Positions 45,889-55,425 of a DNA stretch of 64,000 nucleotides are shown here, piece after piece. The notes beneath the pieces were generated by a model. It was not told the DNA's origin and made no database searches. It saw nothing but the letters and a program-made list of their open reading frames with translations. Position 1 is the first letter of the stretch. Each line of letters opens with the position of its first letter. Origin of the DNA: Ignavibacteria bacterium. Lineage in GTDB: Bacteria > Bacteroidota > Ignavibacteria > Kapaibacteriales > Kapaibacteriaceae. Made by a program: the position numbers and the translations under genes. The stretch is from NCBI GenBank assembly GCA_947459875.1, contig CANHFG010000002.1, positions 1,527 to 65,526 on the forward strand. The letters run 5' to 3'.

Positions 45889-46773
45889 CTATGGAGTTCG
45901 CGGCAAAACGAACTTCATGGAGATGTCCAGTGCAACCGCGCTGTGGGTGATTGCACCGACGCTGATGTAGTCGACTCCCGTCTGTGCATACTCACGGATA
46001 TTGACGAGTGTGATATTCCCGCTTGCCTCTGTTTCGAGTCGGTGAGCAACCATTCGCACACCCTGAGCGACCAGTTCAGGAGTGAAGTTGTCAAACATCA
46101 CCCGATGCACACCTGAGCATTGCAGAACCTCCGCCACGTCATCCAGCGAATGGGCCTCCACCTCGATGCGGATGGCCTTGTGCGAGCGAAGCTCGCTGAT
46201 TACGCGGTCCACTGCCGCCGTGATTCCACCGCAGGCAGAGATGTGGTTATCCTTTAGCATGACCATGTCGTAAAGTCCAACACGGTGATTGCGGGCTCCA
46301 CCGATCGTAGTCGCATACTTATCAAGCAAGCGCCAACCCGGAATGGTCTTGCGCGTATCCAGGACCTGTGCGCTCGTACCCTCGATGCGGTCGACATACG
46401 TGCGGGTCTTTGTGGCCACACCACTCATCCTCTGAATGAAGTTGAGTGCCGTGCGTTCACCGCTCAGGAGCGCATGGGCCGGACCTTCCACCTTGGCAAC
46501 AACCGTTCCGGCTTCGCAGACACTACCTTCCTCAACGATCGTGTCGACGTGCACGTTGTCGGAGAGCTGACGGAAAACAATGGGTAGAATGGGCAGCCCG
46601 CAGATAACGCCATGCTCCTTGATGATGAACCTAGCCGAGGCGCGTGCCGTCAGGGGAATGCAACAGTCGCTGGTGATATCGCCCGTTCCGATATCCTCAT
46701 GTAGCGCGAACTGGATCAGCCGCAGCACGGAAGAGTCAACAGGAAAGACGGGCTGTCGATACATCATGGTCAT
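45889..46773 (-). CDS. nadC: Nicotinate-nucleotide diphosphorylase (carboxylating)
   Basis: 294 aa with LHEDIGTGDITS, LDTRKT.PG.R and DMVMLKDNH motifs. Confidence 0.92.
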   Translation of the reverse strand: MTMMYRQPVFPVDSSVLRLIQFALHEDIGTGDITSDCCIPLTARASARFIIKEHGVICGLPILPIVFRQLSDNVHVDTIVEEGSVCEAGTVVAKVEGPAHALLSGERTALNFIQRMSGVATKTRTYVDRIEGTSAQVLDTRKTIPGWRLLDKYATTIGGARNHRVGLYDMVMLKDNHISACGGITAAVDRVISELRSHKAIRIEVEAHSLDDVAEVLQCSGVHRVMFDNFTPELVAQGVRMVAHRLETEASGNITLVNIREYAQTGVDYISVGAITHSAVALDISMKFVLPRTP

Positions 46774-46782
46774 ATCGCAAAT

Positions 46783-48387
46783 CTACGAGGCGACGACACT
46801 TGTGAACGTGAATCGTTCGCCATCAAATAGCCCCTTGTCACTGAGCTTCAGTTGCGGAATCACCAGCAGCGCCATAAATGATAGGGTCATGAAAGGGGCA
46901 CGCAACGACGATCCAAGTTGCTTTGCAATGGCATCAAGCTCTGTGTAGCGCCGGGCCACGGCATATCCGTCGAGTGTACTCATCAAACCGGCCACCGGCA
47001 GTTCGAGGACGTGCACGCCGCGCTCATCGACAACGCTGATACCACCCCGGGCCTCGATCACAGCATTGACGGCATGGACGATCTCCCGGTCAGTACAACC
47101 GACGGCGATGATGTTGTGTGAATCGTGGGCCACCGAACTGGCAATGGCCCCGCGGGCCAGTCCGAAGGAAGAGATATAGGCAACCGCAACCGGCTGCTGG
47201 GAGTATCGATTCACTACCACCAGTTTCAGGACATCATCAGCCGGGAGTGTCACTTGCCGCTCCGAGGTAACAAGCTGACCGTCATGGGCAACGATCGCGC
47301 TGACAGCTGTTCCGACGGCATGTCCCGCGATATCGGCTATGTCGATCGGCTGTCGGTTGAAGCGATTGATCGGCTCCTGTGAAACATGCGGTAGCAACGA
47401 CATACCGTTGCGGGCCACACAGCTGCCGCCAATCCATGTTTCGATCACCCGGAAGGCCGATAGGTCATCGACCACCAGAAGGTCGGCGCGATCGCCTACG
47501 CGCAGCAGACCTGTTGGAAGGCCGTAATGCTCGATAGGGTTAACGCTGGCTGCTCGGAGAACATCGAAGACATCGTAGCCAAGTTCCAGCGATCGCTGCA
47601 CCAGCAGATTGACGTGTCCGACAACAAGCGAGTCGGGATGCATATCGTCGGAGCAGAACATAACCATGTGCGGATGCATCCCCAGCAGTGGATGCAGTGC
47701 ATCGTAGTTCCTGGCAGCCGAGCCCTCCCGGATGAGGATCTTCATTCCGCATCCGATCTTCTCGAGCGCTTCATCCAAGGTGAAACACTCGTGGTCGGTG
47801 CTGATGCCATGCGCTGCATACCGGCGTGCATCGTCGCCCCGCAATCCCGGCGCATGGCCGTCCACAACGCGTCCACACGCGCGGGCGATAGCCAGCTTCT
47901 GCATCACCATCGGATCTTCGTTAAGCACTCCCGGCCAGTTCATCATTTCACTGAGATATCGAATGCGATCATCCTCGAACAGCATCCGAATGTCGGCAGC
48001 CGTGATCTGCGCGCCAGCGGTTTCGAATTCCGTAGCCGGCACGCACGACGGTGCACCGAAGGCGATTGTGAACGGAACGTGGGATGCGCTTTCGAGCATG
48101 TACCGCACGCCCTCGACGCCACAGACATTTCCGATCTCATGTGGGTCGCTCACCGTTGCCACTGTGCCGTGCGCAACGGCAAGACGGGCAAACTCCGACG
48201 GGACGAGCATTGATGATTCGATGTGGACGTGTGCATCGACCAGACCCGGTACGATGTAATGCTCAGAGGGGGCGACATCAACTTCTTCGATGCTGACTAT
48301 CCGTCCATTCGCGATGGAGATCACACCTGGATAGAGTCGCCGGCTGTGAACGTCGACGATCGTTCCGGCAATCGCATGCTCGGTCAT
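46783..48387 (-). CDS. ade: Adenine deaminase
   Basis: 534 aa amidohydrolase with PGLVDAHVHIESSML. Length and order are typical of Ade. Confidence 0.88.
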   Translation of the reverse strand: MTEHAIAGTIVDVHSRRLYPGVISIANGRIVSIEEVDVAPSEHYIVPGLVDAHVHIESSMLVPSEFARLAVAHGTVATVSDPHEIGNVCGVEGVRYMLESASHVPFTIAFGAPSCVPATEFETAGAQITAADIRMLFEDDRIRYLSEMMNWPGVLNEDPMVMQKLAIARACGRVVDGHAPGLRGDDARRYAAHGISTDHECFTLDEALEKIGCGMKILIREGSAARNYDALHPLLGMHPHMVMFCSDDMHPDSLVVGHVNLLVQRSLELGYDVFDVLRAASVNPIEHYGLPTGLLRVGDRADLLVVDDLSAFRVIETWIGGSCVARNGMSLLPHVSQEPINRFNRQPIDIADIAGHAVGTAVSAIVAHDGQLVTSERQVTLPADDVLKLVVVNRYSQQPVAVAYISSFGLARGAIASSVAHDSHNIIAVGCTDREIVHAVNAVIEARGGISVVDERGVHVLELPVAGLMSTLDGYAVARRYTELDAIAKQLGSSLRAPFMTLSFMALLVIPQLKLSDKGLFDGERFTFTSVVAS

Positions 48388-48389
48388 AT

Positions 48390-49748
48390 CTAGCCCCCTA
48401 ATCTCTCATGATCTTGTGCTGTTGTAAATGGCCAGCTGCCGCGATACCGTGCCAGCAGCAAAAAAGCCATGGAACCAATCACCGGCGCAACGATGCCGAC
48501 GAGCTGCTTCTGCGACGATACGCTACTAAACACCCACAGCCAGGCGATAATCGCCAGCAGAGCCGGTAAGGGATAGAGCCACATCCGCCACGGCATGGCC
48601 TCTTGACCGATCCTCCGACGCAGAACCATCAGTCCCACGGCCTGAGCGATGAACTGTGTGAAGACGCGCATGGTAATGATCGACTTGATCGTGTCGTCCA
48701 GCGTCAGAGAAAGCGTAAAGGCGATCCCGATTCCAGCCAGCACCAGAAGCGAGACATGCGGGAAGTTCTCCGTCGGGTGCAGCCGCTCGAACAGGCGGAA
48801 GAACACCCCATCGCGGGCAGCCGCATAAGGAATACGTGAGTACCCCAGCATGAGACTGAAGAGTGAGCTGACGGCAACGATCAGCACAAGAGCGGTAACG
48901 ACCTGCGCGGCAGTGCTTCCATAGATACGGTCAATAAACAGACTTACAACAAAGTCCGAAGAAGCAACCTCGGCCGACGTTAGCACGCTGAAGAGCGATG
49001 TCTGGTACAGCAGGTATAAAAGACCGATGCCAAGGATGGACAGGTACATGCTCGCCGGGATCGTCCTTTCCGGGTTGCGCACTTCAGCTCCGAGATGGCA
49101 GACGTTGTAGTAACCGAGGAACGAATACATCGTCGGTATGCTTGCTACACCAAGCGCGCCCCATAGCGTGGCCTGTGGATCGGCGAGCGTCAGTGAACCC
49201 GTCAGCACCATCTCGACGTTGCCGAATAGCAGACCCGAGCCGATGATCCAGAGGAATGTGGCGATCACGCAGAACCAGAGGACTACCGAGATACGACCGA
49301 CCTGACCAATGCGGCGGTAGAGCAGAAACGTCACCACCACGACCAGTGCCGCGGCACAGAGGCGGCTCACAACTCCGTCGAGGGGGCCGACCAGATAGGT
49401 CGAATACTTCATAAAACCCAGTGCTGCCGATGCAACCACCAAGGGAGCTTGGAAGGTCGTCTGCCAGACAAACAGAAACGACATCAGACGCCCCCACCGC
49501 TCGCGCCCGAAGGATTCCCGCAGGAAGACATACGAGCCCCCTGCCTGCGGCATGCGAGCGCCAAGCTCGCTCCAGACACTTGCGTCGACGAGGCAGATGA
49601 CAAAGCCGACAGCCCAGGCCAAAAGCGCCAGCGGAGCCGAACCCATCGTTGCGGCCACAAAGGCAGCCGTTACAAATGGGCCGATACCGACCATGTCGAT
49701 CATGTTGATCGCCGTGGCCTGAAAGAGTGAGAGTTCGCGCTTGAGCAC
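48390..49748 (-). CDS. APC-family amino acid/polyamine permease
   Basis: 452 aa with about 12 TM segments. The N-terminus LSLFQATAINMIDMVGIGPF is typical of the APC superfamily. Confidence 0.85.
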   Translation of the reverse strand: MLKRELSLFQATAINMIDMVGIGPFVTAAFVAATMGSAPLALLAWAVGFVICLVDASVWSELGARMPQAGGSYVFLRESFGRERWGRLMSFLFVWQTTFQAPLVVASAALGFMKYSTYLVGPLDGVVSRLCAAALVVVVTFLLYRRIGQVGRISVVLWFCVIATFLWIIGSGLLFGNVEMVLTGSLTLADPQATLWGALGVASIPTMYSFLGYYNVCHLGAEVRNPERTIPASMYLSILGIGLLYLLYQTSLFSVLTSAEVASSDFVVSLFIDRIYGSTAAQVVTALVLIVAVSSLFSLMLGYSRIPYAAARDGVFFRLFERLHPTENFPHVSLLVLAGIGIAFTLSLTLDDTIKSIITMRVFTQFIAQAVGLMVLRRRIGQEAMPWRMWLYPLPALLAIIAWLWVFSSVSSQKQLVGIVAPVIGSMAFLLLARYRGSWPFTTAQDHERLGG

Positions 49749-49762
49749 GACGGAGCTTTCGG

Positions 49763-50632
49763 TTACTTGGTTGCCGGATCGACTGACCAGAGAAGCTTTT
49801 GACGCAGAAGATCGTAGTACGTGCTGTCGACGCGTTTGACAAGCTTCACAAGGTGTGCACTCTTGCGCACTACAATAGGCTGGCGTCCGGAGATACTGCC
49901 GAGGATCTGCCCGTCGGCAACAACCTGCCCTGGATCACCCTCAGAATAGAGCTCAAGTCGTACCTCCGACGAGTCATCGATGATCAGGGGGCGAAGCGTG
50001 AGCGTATGTGGTGCGATCGGCGTGATGCAGAAGGAGTTTGTCGAGGGGGCGATGATAGGCCCTCCTGCGGCAAGGGAGTATGCGGTCGACCCCGTGGGTG
50101 TGGCAACGATCACGCCGTCCGCGCGATAGTCGGCAACATGATGGTCATCAACCCATGCCCTGACGGCGATCATCTTTGCCTTCGACGATCGCTCCACGAG
50201 CACCTCGTTCAAGGCAAAGCTCGTCACGTTTCCAAAGCTGACCTCCAAGGTTGCTCTGTCCACGATGCGGTAGGCACCACTGACCACGCGGTCGATCGCG
50301 TCATCGAGCTCCGACATGGAGAACTCCGCCAGAAAGCCCAGCTTGCCAACATTCACACCCATGATTGGAACGTCCGAACCCATCATTGTTCGCGCGGCCG
50401 ACAGCAATGTACCGTCGCCTCCAAAGGTGATGACCATATCGGCCAGCTTCCGGAACTCCACGGCATCGCGCACCTTGCACCTGGCAGCATGCTCAGGGCT
50501 GATCACGTCGGCAATCGACGGACTGATGATGATCTCAATGCCCTGGCTGGCCAGGCGCTCTATCGCCACGCTGACGCCCCGAATGGCATCGGGCCGGGCA
50601 GCATACGCCATAATGGCGATGTGTCGCATCAT
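49763..50632 (-). CDS. nadK: NAD+ kinase
   Basis: 289 aa with the GGDGTLL motif and NVGKLGFL. Confidence 0.92.
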   Translation of the reverse strand: MMRHIAIMAYAARPDAIRGVSVAIERLASQGIEIIISPSIADVISPEHAARCKVRDAVEFRKLADMVITFGGDGTLLSAARTMMGSDVPIMGVNVGKLGFLAEFSMSELDDAIDRVVSGAYRIVDRATLEVSFGNVTSFALNEVLVERSSKAKMIAVRAWVDDHHVADYRADGVIVATPTGSTAYSLAAGGPIIAPSTNSFCITPIAPHTLTLRPLIIDDSSEVRLELYSEGDPGQVVADGQILGSISGRQPIVVRKSAHLVKLVKRVDSTYYDLLRQKLLWSVDPATK

Positions 50633-50907
50633 GCCAGCGAATCCCTCGTGGAGGGGGCGTCCGGATTACCGAAGACCTCAACGAAGTTGAGTTTCAGCAG
50701 CGAGAGCGTCTGCTCAAGAAATCGCTGTTCCTCGACCTCGAGATTGCCCTCGGTCTTCTGTTTCAGGGTTTCGAGCACGCCGATGACGTAGCGCGCATAG
50801 TCCTCGTTCTTTGCCGTCTCGTTGGTGGCCGGGTGCAGCATCTTTCCGAGGGAAACAAGGCCCTCTACCTGAAAGACCTGCAGAACACTGAGAAAGGGAA
50901 CGTTCAT
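50629..50907 (-). CDS. DUF1844 domain-containing protein
   Basis: 92 aa. ..LQVFQVEGLVSLGKM..DYARYVIGVLETLKQKTEGNL.. matches the DUF1844 pattern. It has 4-nt overlaps with both neighbouring genes. Confidence 0.7.
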   Translation of the reverse strand: MNVPFLSVLQVFQVEGLVSLGKMLHPATNETAKNEDYARYVIGVLETLKQKTEGNLEVEEQRFLEQTLSLLKLNFVEVFGNPDAPSTRDSLA

Positions 50908-51863
50908 ATCAAGATGGTTGAAAGTTCGGTAAGATATCCCGGGACAGGTTTGCGAGTCTTCCAGGTTTCCTCGAGAGGTACCATACGAACAGAGCCTGCA
51001 ACCTCGCCGATCATGACGTCCGTTCGACCACTCAGCAGTGCGTCAACCGCCGCTGCTCCGAGTCGGGATGCAAGCACGCGGTCGCGGACAGTTGGTGAGC
51101 CCCCTCGCTGAATGTGACCGAGAATGGACACTTTAGAGTCGATCCCGTAGCGCATTTCAATGGCTTTACTGATTCCCATTGCTCCGCCCAGCTCGTCTCC
51201 CTCTCCAACGATCACTACCGTGCGGCGCTCGCGTCCCTGCGAAACGATCCGACGGTAGAGCTCGTCGATGTCGGTCATCGTTTCAGGAACGGCTATGTAC
51301 TCGGCTCCACAGGCGATGCCAACATCCATGGCAATGAATCCGGCATGGCGTCCCATGACCTCGATAAAGAACAGCCGGCCGTGTGAGTCGGCCGTGTCGC
51401 GGATCTTGTCGATGGCCTGCGCCGCCGTGTTGATGGCCGTGTCGTAACCGATCGTGAAATCCGTACCGGCCAGGTCATTATCGATGGTTCCCGGCGTGCC
51501 GACGATCGCAACGCCGTGCTCGGTCCAGAGTGAATGCGCCCCGTGGAAGGTTCCATCGCCTCCACAGGCGATGACACCTTCGATACCGTTGCGACGCAGC
51601 TGCTCTGCGGCACGTTCACGGCCCTCAACACTAAAGAAATCCTCACAGCGTGAGGTCTTCAGTATTGTTCCACCACGGTCTATGATATTCGCGGTGCGAA
51701 TTCGATCAAGCGTTTCAAAATGACCGGCGATCATACCGGAATATCCGCCGATGATACCCACGACCTCCACGCCACGTTTCTCGCCTACGCGCTCGACAGC
51801 CCTGATGTGGGCGTTCATTCCGGGGGCATCACCACCGCTGGTAAAGAGTGCAATCCGCTTCAT
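50904..51863 (-). CDS. pfkA: ATP-dependent 6-phosphofructokinase
   Basis: 319 aa with TSGGDAPGMNA, GGDGT, PGTIDND and MGR..G motifs. Confidence 0.93.
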   Translation of the reverse strand: MKRIALFTSGGDAPGMNAHIRAVERVGEKRGVEVVGIIGGYSGMIAGHFETLDRIRTANIIDRGGTILKTSRCEDFFSVEGRERAAEQLRRNGIEGVIACGGDGTFHGAHSLWTEHGVAIVGTPGTIDNDLAGTDFTIGYDTAINTAAQAIDKIRDTADSHGRLFFIEVMGRHAGFIAMDVGIACGAEYIAVPETMTDIDELYRRIVSQGRERRTVVIVGEGDELGGAMGISKAIEMRYGIDSKVSILGHIQRGGSPTVRDRVLASRLGAAAVDALLSGRTDVMIGEVAGSVRMVPLEETWKTRKPVPGYLTELSTILI

Positions 51864-51906
51864 TGTCCGCGAAGATACGGGGCTAATGCTGATTGCGCTG
51901 GCTACG

Positions 51907-52012
51907 TCGTGTTACGGCGCATTACGGCCAATGTTACCGAATGTTAACCTTGTGTTACGTAGGTGTTACGATAGGTTTGCGCCGCAACAGTTTCTTAACG
52001 TTTCAGTTACAC
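51907..52012 (+). promoter_or_regulatory. Phased array of TGTTAC-type direct repeats (candidate Pho boxes) upstream of the porin-pst operon
   Basis: GTTAC/ATTAC/GTTAA cores start at 51911, 51921, 51933, 51943, 51954 and 51965 (spacings 10, 12, 10, 11, 11 bp). Two more start at 51995 and 52006. Confidence 0.55.
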
Positions 52013-52021
52013 GGGGGTTGT

Positions 52022-53263
52022 GTGGGTGCTTTTAACATCTACTTCTTTATCAGCATCGTGCTGGTGGGAACTCTCATCCCGATCAGGTCCTTGGCGCAGG
52101 CTTCGACACAGTCTCACGGCAGTTTTGACTTCAATGCCGACGGTGTTGTCTTCCAGTCAGCCGATAGCACCACCAGGGTGACCATGCGGTTCCGGATGCA
52201 GAACTGGGCGACGTATACGACAAAGACCATGGCGGAGGACGACGAGCTCGATCTCTCGGCGGGCTCTATCGACATGGTCACACGGCGCCTGCGACTGCGC
52301 TTTGGCGGGGCTCTTGCCGATCCTCGTCTAACGTTCAACTTGCAGCTGTCATTCTCCCGATCGGACATGGACTGGAACGACACGCAGTTTCCGAATATCA
52401 TTCGCGATGCCATGGTGTTCTGGAACTTCAGCCGTGATCTGCAGATCGGCTTTGGTCAGACCAAGCTCCCCGGTAACCGTCAGCGCGTTGTCTCTTCGGC
52501 CGACCTTGAGATCCCGGATCGCTCGATCGTCAACGGCGCGTTCAATCTCGACCGCGACTTCGGATTCCAGGGCTTCTGGCGTCCGCTCACGGGCGACGTT
52601 ATCGTAAACCTTCGCGGCGCTATCTCCTCCGGAGACGGCAGGAATCAGCCCGTGATCCCCGGTGGTGGCCTTGCCTACACGGGCCGCATCGAAGTTCTTC
52701 CATTCGGTGCATTCACCGGAGGGGGCGACTACTTCGAAGGCGACATTCTGCGCGAGCAGAAGCCCAAGCTCAGCGTAGGCGTATCGTACCAGCGGAATGA
52801 CCGCCAGACCAAGACGCGCGGGACCCTTGGACGGGCCCTGTTTGCCCAGAGGTCATCCAACGTCCTGTACGCCGACGCATTATTCAAGTACAGCGGTCTG
52901 TCGATCTACACCGAGTATGCCGAGAGAACATCGGCAGACCCGGTAACGTACCGCGACACAACGCGCAAAGAGGCATCGGCCATTTTCGTTGGCACCGGCT
53001 ACATGGCGCAGGTGTCATACATTTTCCCTTCCATGTGGAATGTTGCTGCTCGATTTGCCGTGGTTGATGCAGGGGCACAGCTTGCAGGGCTGTCAGAATA
53101 CACCAAGCAGACCAACATCTCCGGTACCGTCGGTTACTACTTCAACCGGCACCGCATCAAGGCCAACTTCGAAGTCGGCACGAATCAGACGACTCTCTAT
53201 AACAAGACCAATGCACGGGAATCAACGCTGTATGGCCGCTTCAACGTGGAACTTGGCATCTAA
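52022..53263 (+). CDS. Phosphate-selective porin O/P family protein
   Basis: ORF 51893..53263. The start is uncertain. I favour GTG at 52022 (GAFNIYFFISIVLVGTLIPIRSLAQA signal) because the upstream part is the repeat array. The beta-barrel protein ends ..GRFNVELGI. Its operon context is pstSCAB-phoU. Confidence 0.75.
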   Translation: MGAFNIYFFISIVLVGTLIPIRSLAQASTQSHGSFDFNADGVVFQSADSTTRVTMRFRMQNWATYTTKTMAEDDELDLSAGSIDMVTRRLRLRFGGALADPRLTFNLQLSFSRSDMDWNDTQFPNIIRDAMVFWNFSRDLQIGFGQTKLPGNRQRVVSSADLEIPDRSIVNGAFNLDRDFGFQGFWRPLTGDVIVNLRGAISSGDGRNQPVIPGGGLAYTGRIEVLPFGAFTGGGDYFEGDILREQKPKLSVGVSYQRNDRQTKTRGTLGRALFAQRSSNVLYADALFKYSGLSIYTEYAERTSADPVTYRDTTRKEASAIFVGTGYMAQVSYIFPSMWNVAARFAVVDAGAQLAGLSEYTKQTNISGTVGYYFNRHRIKANFEVGTNQTTLYNKTNARESTLYGRFNVELGI

Positions 53264-53274
53264 CGTCGACCCGA

Positions 53275-53292
53275 TGTTACAATTACGTAACA
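53275..53292 (+). promoter_or_regulatory. TGTTAC-N6-GTAACA inverted copy of the same hexamer upstream of pstS
   Basis: tgttac aattac gtaaca lies 77 nt upstream of the pstS ATG. Confidence 0.4.
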
Positions 53293-53368
53293 CACAGTCG
53301 GCTTCAGTAATGGGCTAGTCCCATCTCCCGATTTTTGACGGTTCTGTTCACTATCACACATCCTCATC

Positions 53369-54211
53369 ATGAAGATCTTTCAACGAATCGCCCCCTTTAC
53401 GGCCACGTTTCTGCTCCTCACTCTTGTGGCCCTAGCTTTACCGAAGGATCGTATCACGATCAAGGGCTCGGACACAATGGTCATTCTCGTTCAGCGCTGG
53501 ACGGAGATGTACCCGGGCAAGGCAGGCACAGAGTTTCAGGTCACCGGCGGCGGCTCCGGGACAGGCATCGCCGCGCTCATCAACGGAACAACCGACATCT
53601 GCTCTTCCTCACGACCGATCAAAAAGGATGAGGTGGCCCAGCTTGAGAAGAAGTTCGGCTACAAGGGGCTGGAGATCCGCGTAGCCATGGATGGTCTGGC
53701 GATCTACGTTCACAAAAGCAACCCGGTGAAGCAGCTCACCATGGCACAGGTCAAGGACATCTTCACCGGCAAGGTCACCAACTGGAAAGATGTTGGTGGT
53801 CCGAACAAGCCCATCCTGCTCTACTCACGGGAGAACAACTCCGGCACCTATGAATTCTTCAAGGAGCATGTGCTAAGCAAGCAGGACTTTGCCGCATCGG
53901 CTCAGCACATGGCCGGCACGGCTGCCCTGATCAATGCCATTTCCAAGGATCCGAATGGTATCGGCTTTGGTGGAGCCGCCTATGCGAAGAACGTCAAGGC
54001 CCTGCCGATCGCCAAGGAAGCCGGATCCAAGGCCGTTCCGGCCAGTGTTGCAACGATCCACTCCGGAGAATACCCGATCAGCCGTTTCCTCTACTTTTAT
54101 CTCAATCGTAAACCAGATGGTAACGTGAAGAAATTCATCGACTGGGTAATTTCGGCCTCCGGTCAGAAAGTTGTCTCCGAAGTCGGGTACTATCCGATCA
54201 AGAAGAAGTAA
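53369..54211 (+). CDS. pstS: Phosphate ABC transporter substrate-binding protein
   Basis: 280 aa with a signal peptide. Motifs: KGSDTM, GGGSGTGI and ..ISRFLYFY... Confidence 0.92.
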   Translation: MKIFQRIAPFTATFLLLTLVALALPKDRITIKGSDTMVILVQRWTEMYPGKAGTEFQVTGGGSGTGIAALINGTTDICSSSRPIKKDEVAQLEKKFGYKGLEIRVAMDGLAIYVHKSNPVKQLTMAQVKDIFTGKVTNWKDVGGPNKPILLYSRENNSGTYEFFKEHVLSKQDFAASAQHMAGTAALINAISKDPNGIGFGGAAYAKNVKALPIAKEAGSKAVPASVATIHSGEYPISRFLYFYLNRKPDGNVKKFIDWVISASGQKVVSEVGYYPIKKK

Positions 54212-54219
54212 AGGATTGA

Positions 54220-55425
54220 GTGTCGAATCCGTTTAAGCAAACACGCAAACGTCCGGGCGAATGGATCATGGAATGGTCCATTCGCCTCGTCGCATCCGCC
54301 TCGATCGTGATGATCTTTCTGATCCTGCTCTTTGTGATGCGGGAGGCAGCGACGCTATTCGTCAGCGCAGAAGCTACAACAGAGGCAACCTCGACACCAT
54401 CGGCTGGTTCGAATATGGAACCGGAGAGCTACAATCCGGATGCTCCGGCCGAGGCCGCAGCAAGCGAGCCGGACGTTTACAATCCTGAAGCAGAGGACCC
54501 CACGACAACCCAACAGCAGGGTGAGCCCGGAGCACCTGGACAGTTCATCTATGCCTCAAAGAATCCGAAGTATCCCGAGATCTACAATCCTGATACGGGG
54601 CTTCTTCCGGAGGACATCGATGTCGTAGCCGAGGATCAGGCAGAAGTTGACACGACGCGCAAGACAAGTGTACTGTCAAAGCTCACCGGCGACCAATGGC
54701 AGCCCGTGGGCGACGTGCCCAAATTCGGTGTCAAGCCCCTTCTGATCGGCACGCTCAAAACCACCACGATCGCAATCCTCATTGGCGCGCCCCTTGGAAT
54801 TCTTGCAGCCCTGTACGTTGCGTTCTTTGCCAAGCGTCGCGTTCGCGAAGTCGTAAAGCCCGCTATCGAACTTCTGGCCGGATTCCCGTCAGTGGTCATC
54901 GGCTTCTTCTGTCTGGTCACCGTAGCAAGCTTCATTCAGGACATTACAGGAGCCCCTTATCGGCTGAATGCTGTTGTGGGCGGCATCGGCCTGGCTCTGG
55001 CCGTGATCCCGATCGTCTTCTCCATCGCCGAAGATGCCCTGAGCGCAGTCCCCAAAACTCTCCGTGAGGCTTCACTTGCTCTTGGCTCGACGGAGTGGCA
55101 GACTGCCTACCGTGTGATGCTGCCGGCGGCAGCACCCGGCGTCTTTGCCGCAGTACTGCTTGGAATTGGACGTGCCTTCGGCGAGACCATGATCGCCATC
55201 ATGGCCACCGGTAACGCGCCACTGTCGAGCTTTTCACCACTTGAGCCGGCCCGCACCGTTGCGGCAACCATCGGTAGCGAGATGGGCGAAGTTGTCTGGG
55301 GCTCGGAACACTATGGCGTTCTGTTCTTCATGGGCGTTCTGCTGTTCGTGTTCTCGTTCGGACTCAATGCAGTTACCGAGCTCTATGTGAAGAAGCGTCT
55401 CATTAAAAAGTTCCAGGGGCAATGA
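54220..55425 (+). CDS. pstC: Phosphate ABC transporter permease PstC with an acidic ~100-aa insertion after TM1
   Basis: GTG start behind AAGGA. 401 aa. The conserved permease core includes ..ALGSTEWQT.. and the EAA-like loop. The insertion is described in the findings. Confidence 0.88.
   Translation: MSNPFKQTRKRPGEWIMEWSIRLVASASIVMIFLILLFVMREAATLFVSAEATTEATSTPSAGSNMEPESYNPDAPAEAAASEPDVYNPEAEDPTTTQQQGEPGAPGQFIYASKNPKYPEIYNPDTGLLPEDIDVVAEDQAEVDTTRKTSVLSKLTGDQWQPVGDVPKFGVKPLLIGTLKTTTIAILIGAPLGILAALYVAFFAKRRVREVVKPAIELLAGFPSVVIGFFCLVTVASFIQDITGAPYRLNAVVGGIGLALAVIPIVFSIAEDALSAVPKTLREASLALGSTEWQTAYRVMLPAAAPGVFAAVLLGIGRAFGETMIAIMATGNAPLSSFSPLEPARTVAATIGSEMGEVVWGSEHYGVLFFMGVLLFVFSFGLNAVTELYVKKRLIKKFQGQ

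Noticed and set aside
51893-52021. ORF-track N-terminal extensions taken at face value. Examples: porin from TTG 51893, TBDR from 10658, 860-aa protein from 20656, Ig protein from 37469, SBBP protein from 3588, aminopeptidase from 40042.
   Set aside because: In each case an internal start gives a proper signal peptide and/or a Shine-Dalgarno-like sequence. The extension would also overlap a terminator, repeat array or neighbouring gene. The porin start remains genuinely uncertain.
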